In this document: positions 9,122-18,034 of the stretch, piece after piece
Position numbering within the stretch: position 1 is the stretch's first letter
How the letters are laid out: every line of letters begins with the position of its first letter
From: an uncultured virus (IMG/VR IMGVR_UViG_3300050202_000023)
Taxonomy: Duplodnaviria > Heunggongvirae > Uroviricota > Caudoviricetes
Virus record (IMG/VR): IMGVR_UViG_3300050202_000023
DNA length: 64,000 nt
Direction: 5' to 3' (one strand)
Notes under the pieces: generated by a model
The model's database searches: none
What the model saw: only the letters and a program-made list of their open reading frames with translations
Told to the model about the DNA's origin: nothing
Position numbers and translations under genes: made by a program

Positions 9122-9340
9122 ATGCAAAGCAAAGCTAAAAGCTTCGTTGAAGCTTTAGTCAATACACTTATTGGGTATTTTATAACCCTAGTGGTTTCTC
9201 CCTTTATTTATTGGCTCAATAACATTGAAATGAATTTCTTACAAATGAATGGTATTGTAGCTTGCTTTACTATTGTAAGTATTGCTAGACAATACATCAT
9301 TCGACGGTTTTTTAATAACAAAATTGACAATCAAAAATGA
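9122..9340 (+). CDS. small conserved phage membrane protein
   Basis: MQSKAKSFVEALVNT...SIARQYIIRRFFN pattern; 2 TM segments. Confidence 0.7.
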   Translation: MQSKAKSFVEALVNTLIGYFITLVVSPFIYWLNNIEMNFLQMNGIVACFTIVSIARQYIIRRFFNNKIDNQK

Positions 9341-10428
9341 CTTCAGTTAAGATTATAACCGACAGTACTAATAAATTTGGGCACCGTATAACTACTTTTG
9401 AGTTAGTTTTTCCAAGGTTTCTTTTGCCGGAGTTAGCTACGCACCGAGTATTTTCAAAAAATAGTTCGAGTTCTCGGGCAGTCCCTTTCGAAAAAATGGT
9501 TGAGTCTGTTGTAACCAATCCATTTCTGCCCCTAGCTTGGCAAAAAGCACATTCGGGTATGCAGGGTACCGAATACTTTACCGGTTGGAGAGCCAAAGTA
9601 CTTAACATGGCTTGGTTAGTCGCTTTAAACACAGCTGTATTTGCTGCTACTAAGTTGTACAAACTAGGTTTGACTAAGCAATTGGCTAATCGGTTGATCG
9701 AACCATTTAGTTACATTAAGGTATTGTTAACTGCTACTGAATATGACAACTTTTTTTCTCTACGTTGCTCTCAGTACGAAGTTGAAATTGAAGGTTTTGG
9801 TCTACAACGTTTTAAAAGTAAAAGAGATTTACTTAATGCTGTACACAAATCACAATTAGAAGATTTTGATAAATTCACAACAGTTGATTGGTTAAAGATT
9901 AATANNNNNNNNNNGATTAATAAAGGTATGGCTGAGATTCATCTTATGGATCTAGCTGAAAAGATGTGGGATGCATTAAAAAGCTCTGTTCCCGAATTTC
10001 TTGAAGAAGGTCAATACCATATTCCTTATAAAGAAAAGATTAGTGATGTGGATATACTTGCTTATGTAGATAACTATAACTCTGCTGAAAATCAAGACGG
10101 GCTTTTACTTAAAACTAAGCTACGTATATCTACTATGATGTGTGCCAGAACTAGTTATACGGTGCCTACTAAAGAACAAGCTGAGTGGACAATACCTAAG
10201 TATATTGCTAAGTTTCAGGAAATGGCTGGTAATGGGCACTGGTCACCAATGGAACACTGTAGTCAGAACATGACTAGTGAAGAATATGAGAATGACTTTA
10301 CTAGAGGTGATCAAGTTTTTGATGTTGATGGTAATCCAAATTACTCAAACACTTACGGGTGGTGTAATAATTTTCGGGGATTTAAACAGCTTCGTTGGAT
10401 GATGGAGCATAATAAAATATCACTATGA
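9337..10428 (+). CDS. thyX: FAD-dependent thymidylate synthase
   Basis: ELATHRVFSKNSSSSRA (ThyX signature), KQLANRLIEPF, CARTSY, GHWSPMEH; N gap at 9905-9914. Confidence 0.9.
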   Translation: MTSVKIITDSTNKFGHRITTFELVFPRFLLPELATHRVFSKNSSSSRAVPFEKMVESVVTNPFLPLAWQKAHSGMQGTEYFTGWRAKVLNMAWLVALNTAVFAATKLYKLGLTKQLANRLIEPFSYIKVLLTATEYDNFFSLRCSQYEVEIEGFGLQRFKSKRDLLNAVHKSQLEDFDKFTTVDWLKINXXXXINKGMAEIHLMDLAEKMWDALKSSVPEFLEEGQYHIPYKEKISDVDILAYVDNYNSAENQDGLLLKTKLRISTMMCARTSYTVPTKEQAEWTIPKYIAKFQEMAGNGHWSPMEHCSQNMTSEEYENDFTRGDQVFDVDGNPNYSNTYGWCNNFRGFKQLRWMMEHNKISL

Positions 10429-10655
10429 AAATAATTGATCTTTGGATGGAGGGTTTTCGTATTTCTGGTAATGATGGACATGCTCAGTTTTTAGGTACCT
10501 ATAAAGGAACAGACTTTGATGATGCTGTTTTAGCTTATAAACGAGCACATGGACTTAAAGAAGATGAAGGGCCTGTCAAACGTGGAGAATACTGGTATAA
10601 TTGGGGTTGTCAATTATTTGATAATGAGGTTGATGCACGTAAATCGTTTGGATAA
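10425..10655 (+). CDS. hypothetical phage protein
   Basis: LWMEGF...WGCQLFDNEVDARKSFG. Confidence 0.75.
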   Translation: MKIIDLWMEGFRISGNDGHAQFLGTYKGTDFDDAVLAYKRAHGLKEDEGPVKRGEYWYNWGCQLFDNEVDARKSFG

Positions 10656-10672
10656 GTAAAACTCTTTTTAAT

Positions 10673-11261
10673 ATGATTGTAGATAACTTTGATAAAATTG
10701 CTAGACTTTTATTGTTTGATAGTGAAGATGATTTTTATTTTCTTTAAATTATTAAACGTAAAAAAGAGAATCCAGAAATAGGTTCTAACTCTGTAGTAAT
10801 TTCTATTTACTATATTAAATCAGTTTCTCACTTGTTTAGTCTAAAAAAAGAGATTGCTGCTTTGTGTAAACTACATAATGCTAGAGCTGGTATTAATCTC
10901 AATAAGTGTAGTTTTGAAAAAAATTGCTTTTCACACACTTAGTAAGATTTCACAACAGATACTTAATAAAGATTATACCTCTGTTAAAAATGCTTACGCT
11001 TCTGTATCAGGTTTATATACCAGCGAGCTTAACAAAAAATGGATTATCGACATTGATGAAAAAGATAGACGTTTTGTTAATGAGGTTCTAAACTTTATTA
11101 ACAGAATTGAACAGCCTGTAGGGGAAAAGTTTGTAGATTTGCTAGAAACAAAAAATGGTTTTCATTTAATTACAAAGCCATTTAACTTACAAGAATTCAA
11201 ACAACAGTATCCAACAATTGATGTTCATAAAAATAACCCAACTTACTTATATAGTATTTAA
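10673..11261 (+). pseudogene. disrupted conserved phage gene (primase-like DxD / HL motifs) with one in-frame TAA and one frameshift
   Basis: ATG 10673 MIVDNFDK...DDFYFL* (TAA 10745) IIKRKKENP...; an A7 run at 10917-10923 shifts the frame into ORF 10854-11261 (KKWIIDID, TKNGFHLITKPFN). Confidence 0.65.
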
Positions 11262-11271
11262 ACTAAATCAA

Positions 11272-11553
11272 ATGGAAAACGAAAAAAAGTCTGTAGAAAT
11301 TGAAGACCGTAATATCAATATTAGTGGAGATTGTGAAACCGGTATTGGTATTCACAATAAAACTATAATTAATTTTGATCAAAGTACCGTCACATTTTTA
11401 AATAATCTAGCAAAAGCAGCCATAGCTAATGCTACAGCTATAAGTGATATAGCCAGATTATTTGAAATTAGGGGAGATGCAGGTACTACTATTAGTAACT
11501 GTACAATTACTGCAACAATGTGTACAGGTATTAGTATTGATTCAAAACCTTAA
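11272..11553 (+). CDS. hypothetical protein
   Basis: ATG 11272 after an A-rich spacer, in frame with track ORF 11218. Confidence 0.65.
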   Translation: MENEKKSVEIEDRNINISGDCETGIGIHNKTIINFDQSTVTFLNNLAKAAIANATAISDIARLFEIRGDAGTTISNCTITATMCTGISIDSKP

Positions 11554-11568
11554 TTATTGATTAGTAAT

Positions 11569-11832
11569 ATGAGAACATACAAAGAAATAGTTTTGGAACG
11601 GTATAATGCTAAAGTAGCCAGAAAAGAGTTTCCTATTATTACATGGGAAGACTACGATAGTGCTGTACTTGAGTTTGCTAAAGAGCTTCAGGAAGAACAG
11701 ATAAAAAACTGTGCTGAATCTGCTTTTATTAGTTATGAATACGGCAAAACTATACCTGAGTACAAAGGAACAATTGGTCCTCCCGAACCTATTGTTAAAG
11801 GAATTTTAACCTGTAAACGAGTAATAGAATGA
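11569..11832 (+). CDS. hypothetical protein
   Basis: ATG 11569 in frame with track ORF 11557. Confidence 0.65.
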   Translation: MRTYKEIVLERYNAKVARKEFPIITWEDYDSAVLEFAKELQEEQIKNCAESAFISYEYGKTIPEYKGTIGPPEPIVKGILTCKRVIE

Positions 11833-12113
11833 ACACAACAATAAATCTGCCAGTATAGATTAAAAAGATTACTCTTGAGTCAAATAACTCAGGTAATGCT
11901 TCAGTATTTTATGGAACTGTTGAAGGACTTATTGATCAGTCTGCTATTGGAATTTTAAACCGATATAACAGTACGGTTAGGTTTGAGTTTACAATGGACG
12001 CATTAAATGATTATCGGTTTCTAGAATACGTTAAAAGTCGTGTATTAACTGGAAAAGGTATTGACAAAAACATTGTAACTGGAGAAGAAATAGATAACGA
12101 AGAATTAACATAA
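11829..12113 (+). CDS. 94-codon hypothetical gene with an in-frame TAG at codon 10 (read-through candidate or pseudogene)
   Basis: ATGA coupling to the upstream gene; MNTTINLPV-TAG(11856)-IKKITLESNNSG...EELT-TAA; ends 7 nt before the next ATG. Confidence 0.6.
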
Positions 12114-12120
12114 ACCAAAC

Positions 12121-13146
12121 ATGGAACAATTAACAAACAGAGCACCAAACTGGAATTTTTCAGGGCTTATTAGAACCCTTAGAACCGACTTGAATGAAAA
12201 AGAGTATAAGATATACTCACTAGGCAAAGTATGTAAAGACTCAAACATCAATCCAGCTTTTGGCAGGTATCTCGTAGAGAAAAAACTTATTTTCTCTGAA
12301 TCCTTTGGTATAGGTACTCTTAAACGATATAAACTTGCTGATGCATTTAAACAGGTGACAGTAGATCGTTTGATTCGTATGTATTCTCAAATGTATAAAG
12401 ATGCAAGAGAAAAACTTACTAAGAATCAAAAACCTGAGCCGACTAAAGCTAAGCCTACAACAGTAAAAGAATCAAGTAAAGGGGCTAAAAAAGACTACTG
12501 GGGTTTTATCCATGAACTAAGACGGAGTTTAAATACAAACACCTTTACTACGTTTTCAGTAAGACAACTGGCAAAGCGGTATAAACTAAGACCTACATAC
12601 GCTAACTTGCTTGTAGATAAGGGTTATCTTGTACAACAACTAGATACAACTGGATTTACTCGTAGTTATCAATTTAAGCTAACTTCAAAAGCATTTGGTT
12701 TAATAGCAACGGATCTTCTTGCTATGGCTAGAGAAGCTGAGAATTATCGAGTTAAAGATCAGGTTAATGTAAAGCCTGAAAAAGACAATTATAGTATTTA
12801 TGATGTAAACATTAAACTAGGTCAAGAAGCAATGGAAGACTTTGTTGGTTTTTCTAAGCCTTTAGAAGATTTAACTGTAACAAAGTTTCCGGGACCAGAT
12901 GGTATACCTACACAAGGCTACTTTGAACCGGCTCCATTACCAGAAAGTGCTAAACAAAGTATTGAAGAGTTTTCTGCTCCTTTGTTTGAAGCACCAGCAT
13001 TAAAAGGACTTAATAAAAACTTTGAGTCTAGCTGGAACATTGATGGAGAAGCTTACTCAGTAAAGATTAGTGTATCTGGTCCTGTTAATGCTGATCTTAC
13101 TGATGTTTTAAATAAAGGGCTGGTGTTGGCTAATGTAACAATTTAA
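12121..13146 (+). CDS. putative DNA-binding protein with a duplicated (wHTH-like) domain
   Basis: FSGLIRTLRTDLNEKEYKIYSL...YLVEKKLI aligns with YWGFIHELRRSLNTNTFTTFSV...LLVDKGYL. Confidence 0.6.
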   Translation: MEQLTNRAPNWNFSGLIRTLRTDLNEKEYKIYSLGKVCKDSNINPAFGRYLVEKKLIFSESFGIGTLKRYKLADAFKQVTVDRLIRMYSQMYKDAREKLTKNQKPEPTKAKPTTVKESSKGAKKDYWGFIHELRRSLNTNTFTTFSVRQLAKRYKLRPTYANLLVDKGYLVQQLDTTGFTRSYQFKLTSKAFGLIATDLLAMAREAENYRVKDQVNVKPEKDNYSIYDVNIKLGQEAMEDFVGFSKPLEDLTVTKFPGPDGIPTQGYFEPAPLPESAKQSIEEFSAPLFEAPALKGLNKNFESSWNIDGEAYSVKISVSGPVNADLTDVLNKGLVLANVTI

Positions 13147-13147
13147 C

Positions 13148-13186
13148 AAAAAATAACCCCGTTAATTTAGCGATTAACGGGGTTTA
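13148..13186. terminator. intrinsic terminator hairpin, possibly bidirectional
   Basis: AACCCCGTTAAT-ttagcg-ATTAACGGGGTT flanked by A and T runs. Confidence 0.75.
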
Positions 13187-13196
13187 CTATGAACTT

Positions 13197-13511
13197 ATGT
13201 TTAATTACAGACGAGTTACTTGGACTGAAAGACTTGAGGGTACTGCCAAAAAAGTTGGTAAAGAGTTGTATCCTGACGGTGTTGTACGGCTATTTGGAGT
13301 TAAAGAAGTTTACTACAATGTAGACGGAAAACCTAGTAGCTATAGTGAAGCTAACATGTACTCAAATTGGGATAATCTTGACGAGCTAGCAAAGACTAAT
13401 GAAATGGTTCAGGAAGCTTTTGAAAAACCGGTTTTAGATATTGACTCAATGGACCGGACATTACCTATACAAAGTGGTGAACGGTTCTTTAAAGAGTATT
13501 TACCAGTATAA
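13197..13511 (+). CDS. hypothetical phage protein
   Basis: FNYRRV...VKEVYYNVDGKP...AFEKPVLD pattern. Confidence 0.75.
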   Translation: MFNYRRVTWTERLEGTAKKVGKELYPDGVVRLFGVKEVYYNVDGKPSSYSEANMYSNWDNLDELAKTNEMVQEAFEKPVLDIDSMDRTLPIQSGERFFKEYLPV

Positions 13512-13516
13512 CTAAA

Positions 13517-13549
13517 AGACAGGGCTAACTTGATTTGTTGGCCCTGTCT
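13517..13549. terminator. hairpin between the convergent early and late transcription units
   Basis: AGACAGGGCTAAC-ttgattt-GTTGGCCCTGTCT. Confidence 0.7.
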
Positions 13550-13555
13550 ACGGTT

Positions 13556-14263
13556 TTATTTTGGTAGAGTCTTAGCCAGTTCTTTAGTGAGGAGTACATT
13601 GGCTATTGAATCACCATAAGCAGCTACAGCACGTAGTTCTTTGAGTCTACGGTGTCTAAGTATAGGTACACCACCTTTAGCAAACTGACGGGCTTTATTT
13701 GCAGTCAATTGAACACCGTTAATACTTTGAGCTACCTGAAGTCTTGAATTATTATAGTCTTTAACCAATTCTTCATTTTGAATCTGAACTTGAGTAAGTC
13801 CATTTCTAGCTTCTACTAGTGCAGTCTTATTCCGTTCATTTTCATTAATTGTATTAAGAGTAGCTTCTACTACAGGCTCATCAGTTAACTGGGGATTTGA
13901 CTCAGCTACAGCCGGACTAATACTATAATTATCCTTGTACTTTTTAAGTATAGCATTCTTTTTTTGTTCTAAAGTAAGTAGCTTGGTTTTAGCCCGGTCT
14001 GACGAATCAAGTGATTCACTTCGTTGCTTATACCAGTTTGCTGTAACCAGTGTACGCATAGCTACAGCCTGAAATGAATCAATAACACCTAAATAAGAAC
14101 GGTTTAATGTTACCAGACTGTCATTTTCAGCTTTATACTTTTGATTTTTTGTACAGGATTTAGTAAAGAAAAAACTAAATACAAGTATAAGCAGTATAAA
14201 TATCCATACAGGTAGACCTGTAGACAAACTTAGTTTTCCGGCACTTGTTTTAAATATTGCCAT
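13556..14263 (-). CDS. membrane-anchored coiled-coil protein (spanin-like candidate)
   Basis: N-terminal TM segment followed by Cys and a long helical region; last gene of the late operon. Confidence 0.5.
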   Translation of the reverse strand: MAIFKTSAGKLSLSTGLPVWIFILLILVFSFFFTKSCTKNQKYKAENDSLVTLNRSYLGVIDSFQAVAMRTLVTANWYKQRSESLDSSDRAKTKLLTLEQKKNAILKKYKDNYSISPAVAESNPQLTDEPVVEATLNTINENERNKTALVEARNGLTQVQIQNEELVKDYNNSRLQVAQSINGVQLTANKARQFAKGGVPILRHRRLKELRAVAAYGDSIANVLLTKELAKTLPK

Positions 14264-14275
14264 AATTTTAGTGTA

Positions 14276-15319
14276 TTAAATTAATCCTTCAAGTACATCG
14301 TTATCTCCATCAGCAGCATAGTTAATAACATTTTGAGCTATAAATGTATGAGCTAGTGCTGTAGGGTGAACTTGATCTTGGAGGTTTGTTACGTTTGCTG
14401 TAAACGTTGTTCTAGGAATATATCGAACAAACCGGGTATCTAAAGACTCAACGTGTGCTTTTTGGAATGCAGCAATATTAGCTAGGTTTGTTTCATTTTG
14501 AGCAACCCCTAATGTTGACGGACCAAGTACAAACTTTTTCTGGTTTGGAAATAAATACCTTGATTGTTTAATTATACTTTGAAATGCATTTGTAGATGTA
14601 GTAAAAGCTGAGCCTGTTGTAGCAATTCCATTAGCTCCACCAGCATCATTAGTACCTAAACAAATAATTGTTAAACCCGGTTCACGATAGTTGTATCGCC
14701 CAGCTTTAAATGCGTTATCATGCTGTACCAGTGTTGACCCACTAACTGACCAGTTTCTAAGTCTTATATTAACTCCTTGACTTAAAAACCAGTTTCTAAC
14801 TTGAAATACCCACATTTCAGTGGCAAAACTCATACCAGATCCATCTCCAATACTATCACTAATTATATTTAGTATGAAAGGGGCATCAAAGTTAAAGTCA
14901 TCTGTAATTTGTTTACCCGTAACGTTTGAGTAAAACGTAAAAGGTATTGCTGTAGGTGCTGTTACTCCTGCTTTAGTTACACTAAGTACAGTTGGGTTTA
15001 GCCCAAGCATTCCTTGTTTTTGTGGATAATCAACGGGCATCACTAAAGGAACCCCGGCCTTTAAAGGTAATGTAAATAAACCCGTTGGGTAAGCTGGATA
15101 GAAAGCTCCGTTTCCAAACGCCATGAATGTTTGAAATACACAGTCTTCTGAACAGGCAAAACTAAGAGATTTTACAATTAATGCTCGTCCAGCTTGTACA
15201 TTAGAGCCAGCACCAAAAGGGACACTGGCGTTTGTATATGTACCTGTACTAACTCTACCCCCACCACCGGGAACTGTTCCTTCAAAATCAAGTAATTGTT
15301 TATATTCAAAATTTGTCAT
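14276..15319 (-). CDS. SGNH/GDSL hydrolase (esterase), probably tail-associated
   Basis: block motifs SDSIG, SVSG, GTND and DQVHP. Confidence 0.8.
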   Translation of the reverse strand: MTNFEYKQLLDFEGTVPGGGGRVSTGTYTNASVPFGAGSNVQAGRALIVKSLSFACSEDCVFQTFMAFGNGAFYPAYPTGLFTLPLKAGVPLVMPVDYPQKQGMLGLNPTVLSVTKAGVTAPTAIPFTFYSNVTGKQITDDFNFDAPFILNIISDSIGDGSGMSFATEMWVFQVRNWFLSQGVNIRLRNWSVSGSTLVQHDNAFKAGRYNYREPGLTIICLGTNDAGGANGIATTGSAFTTSTNAFQSIIKQSRYLFPNQKKFVLGPSTLGVAQNETNLANIAAFQKAHVESLDTRFVRYIPRTTFTANVTNLQDQVHPTALAHTFIAQNVINYAADGDNDVLEGLI

Positions 15320-15329
15320 ATTTTTTTAA

Positions 15330-17042
15330 TTATAAATTTGAAGATGCTACCCATGTACCTGATGCCCCACTTGTACCAGCTACAGTACAAGTATAATATT
15401 GTACTTGACCAACATTAGGTGATGGATTCCACGTTCTTAATCCTTTAACAAATCCTCCTGCATAAGCCGATGCTTCAGGAGGACCAAAATTAGTTACTGT
15501 TCCAGATACAGAAGCAGTAGCATCACCAATATACTGTCTATTAATACTAAAGGTTAAGTTACCTACAATTTTACTACCACTAAATAAACCTAAATAACCA
15601 GTATTTGTTGTTACATTACCAGTTAGTACAGAGTTGTTGTGTAGTTCCAATGCTCTATAATTAACATCAACATTACTATTAACTTTAGTATTATAACAAA
15701 TAGTTTTACCTTGTGACAATGCACCCCCATTTACAACACAATCTATCAAAACTATTATTGTATTTGTAGATGAAGAATTTAAAGTTGTTATTGTACAATT
15801 AATAAAAGTAATTGGAAAATTTTCATTTGCTGTAAAACCCGGATTAGCAGTATTTACTTGTACTCTTTCTAATACTAAATCATTAGTATTACCAGTTAAA
15901 TTTGCTATATATCCACCAGTAATAAATATTTTATTGTTGGCAGATCGAGCAAAATTAGGTATTAAACAATTATTAATATAAAGAAAACTACCATTACCTG
16001 CACTTTCTCCTGTTACTGGAATATTACCTTCTATTCTACCATCATTAAAATTAGTAGAAGCACCATACATATATACTCTGGCTAAAGCATCATTACTAGT
16101 ACCATCATTTGTAGCATTTAATCTAAAATTATTATATGTACTAGAAGCACCACCAAAGAACCAAGTATCTTTTATAGACCCTGTTACATAAGCTCTTTCA
16201 GAGTGAATATTATTTATAGTATAGTTAAGTGTGTCAGGAGAAACAGATATAGCTAGTTGTTTAGCCTGTTCAACTTGAAGTCTTTCAATAACACTCATGT
16301 TAGATGTATCACCTCCATTTGTTATTGAAAAAGCATACTGAGTTGCAGTACCACAATTTTCTATACTAATTGTTGTAAATATGTTATCATAGCTACGAGT
16401 AATTTCCATACCTTGACCAACACAGTTTTCAACTCGTATAAAGTCAAATTTACTAATAACTGCTCTATCTAATTTAATACCATTAAGAGTATTACCACCA
16501 CCATCTATATGTATAGAAAATCCATTAAAGGCTATATCTGTATTAGTAGTTACTGCCCAATATCCGCTGCCAGTAGGCTTGATAATCGCGTAATACGAAC
16601 TAATAAATGAACACTTAATAGTTAATCCAGAAGTAATTTTATAATTACCATCTTCAAGATAGAGAGTTTTACCTAGTGCAAAACAAGCATTTGCAGCAGC
16701 CTGTAAAAAAGTTGTAGTATCTGTTACACCAGTGTTATCAAGATTGTACCACTTTTTAGCATTAATAAAATTATTCTCTACTTGACCTATCCAACGACCC
16801 GAACCTTTTCCAGTAGCCCCTAATGTTATCCCATTGTCTATTGCAGCATTAGAACCAGATACATAAAGATACACTCTACCATCTTGTAACATTACTCTAG
16901 TTCTGAAACCAGAATAAGCTGTAAGAGCAGTAGTATCCTCTAGAATTCTATCTCTAAATCTATTTATTTCTGTAGCAATAGTAGTAGATAAGGCTAATAC
17001 CTTAACTCTAATATCTTCAACTAACTGGGGTAAAGTCATCAT
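15330..17042 (-). CDS. tailspike with a pectate-lyase-like parallel beta-helix
   Basis: GVTDTTTFLQAAAN...KTLYLEDGNY cap motif; N/I/G-rich repeats. Confidence 0.8.
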   Translation of the reverse strand: MMTLPQLVEDIRVKVLALSTTIATEINRFRDRILEDTTALTAYSGFRTRVMLQDGRVYLYVSGSNAAIDNGITLGATGKGSGRWIGQVENNFINAKKWYNLDNTGVTDTTTFLQAAANACFALGKTLYLEDGNYKITSGLTIKCSFISSYYAIIKPTGSGYWAVTTNTDIAFNGFSIHIDGGGNTLNGIKLDRAVISKFDFIRVENCVGQGMEITRSYDNIFTTISIENCGTATQYAFSITNGGDTSNMSVIERLQVEQAKQLAISVSPDTLNYTINNIHSERAYVTGSIKDTWFFGGASSTYNNFRLNATNDGTSNDALARVYMYGASTNFNDGRIEGNIPVTGESAGNGSFLYINNCLIPNFARSANNKIFITGGYIANLTGNTNDLVLERVQVNTANPGFTANENFPITFINCTITTLNSSSTNTIIVLIDCVVNGGALSQGKTICYNTKVNSNVDVNYRALELHNNSVLTGNVTTNTGYLGLFSGSKIVGNLTFSINRQYIGDATASVSGTVTNFGPPEASAYAGGFVKGLRTWNPSPNVGQVQYYTCTVAGTSGASGTWVASSNL

Positions 17043-17069
17043 TAACTAATTATAAAGTAAGTAAAAGTA

Positions 17070-17690
17070 TTATACTAAAGCTGTAGTGAAAGCTGTACTA
17101 AAAGCTGTATTAGGTGTGCCTATATCAGCAGTACTTAAAGCATCAGTAATACCATATCCAGCTAAAGTAGTAGGTTTACTAGTTATAGTTGTCCAGTCAG
17201 GAGTTACATCTGCTATAAATATATAGGAAGCCTCTACTATTTTACTACCTGTACCGGAGTATCTAAAGGCTCTACCAGTACTTGATTCAATAACTATACT
17301 ACCTACAGTAATAGCTGTTTGTTGAGGAGTAGTTAAAGCAGAGATAGTAGTAGCTACCTCACTATTAGTACCGGGCAGTACAGGTAAATTACTAAGTGAA
17401 ATAGTACCAGTAATTTGAGCAGCCGGTAAAGCAGCACCAGTACCAAGTTTACCTATTAACAGAGTATCTACTTTAGTACTTGAATACGTAGTAGTTGTAC
17501 TTGGTGTAGTATCATTAATACCTACAGCATTAGCTATACCTGCTTTGAGTTCATTAATAGCTCCTTTAATAGTTTGAGCTGTAGTAGTTAATGTAGCAGT
17601 ACCTAGTTGCGCTTTTAAATAAACGCCAATGTTAGTAGATAGTGCTAAAGTATCTACTCTAATTTGTTCAACTAATTGGGGAAGAGTCAT
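17070..17690 (-). CDS. tail fibre / extender protein
   Basis: TAQTIKGAINEL, TTYSSTKVD and KPTTLAGYGITDA fibre motifs; N-terminus paralogous to that of 15330-17042. Confidence 0.7.
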   Translation of the reverse strand: MTLPQLVEQIRVDTLALSTNIGVYLKAQLGTATLTTTAQTIKGAINELKAGIANAVGINDTTPSTTTTYSSTKVDTLLIGKLGTGAALPAAQITGTISLSNLPVLPGTNSEVATTISALTTPQQTAITVGSIVIESSTGRAFRYSGTGSKIVEASYIFIADVTPDWTTITSKPTTLAGYGITDALSTADIGTPNTAFSTAFTTALV

Positions 17691-17723
17691 TATAAAATGT
17701 ATTGATAAACATTAAAAATTAAA

Positions 17724-18017
17724 TTAAACAGTTGAAAGTAAAAATGTTTGGGTAAAGTTTGTTAAAGGGTTTCCTACATCAATAGTACCATTGGCTTCGG
17801 TACAGGCTCCTAATACAGCATTATCATAATTAGGAAGCTTAGCACCTTCTACACTATAAAATACAGCTCTACCAGTAGGAAAGGGGGGGCTAACTGTATA
17901 CTCTAAGAATCGTCTTACAGTGGTCCCGTTAACACATACTTTTTCCTCCTTCCAGTTTCTGTGGTAGTATTCAGACGTAGTATGTGTATTACAATCGCAA
18001 TCAGGTAAACAAGCCAT
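17724..18017 (-). CDS. small tail adaptor protein, paralogue of 22800-23102
   Basis: shared WKEExVCxNxxxVRRFxEY...PTGxxVxYS. Confidence 0.7.
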   Translation of the reverse strand: MACLPDCDCNTHTTSEYYHRNWKEEKVCVNGTTVRRFLEYTVSPPFPTGRAVFYSVEGAKLPNYDNAVLGACTEANGTIDVGNPLTNFTQTFLLSTV

Positions 18018-18034
18018 AATATATTAATTTAAGA

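Noticed and set aside
9897..9922. insertion or intein in ThyX
   Set aside because: GATTAATA is duplicated on both sides of the N gap, which is typical of a contig overlap artefact.
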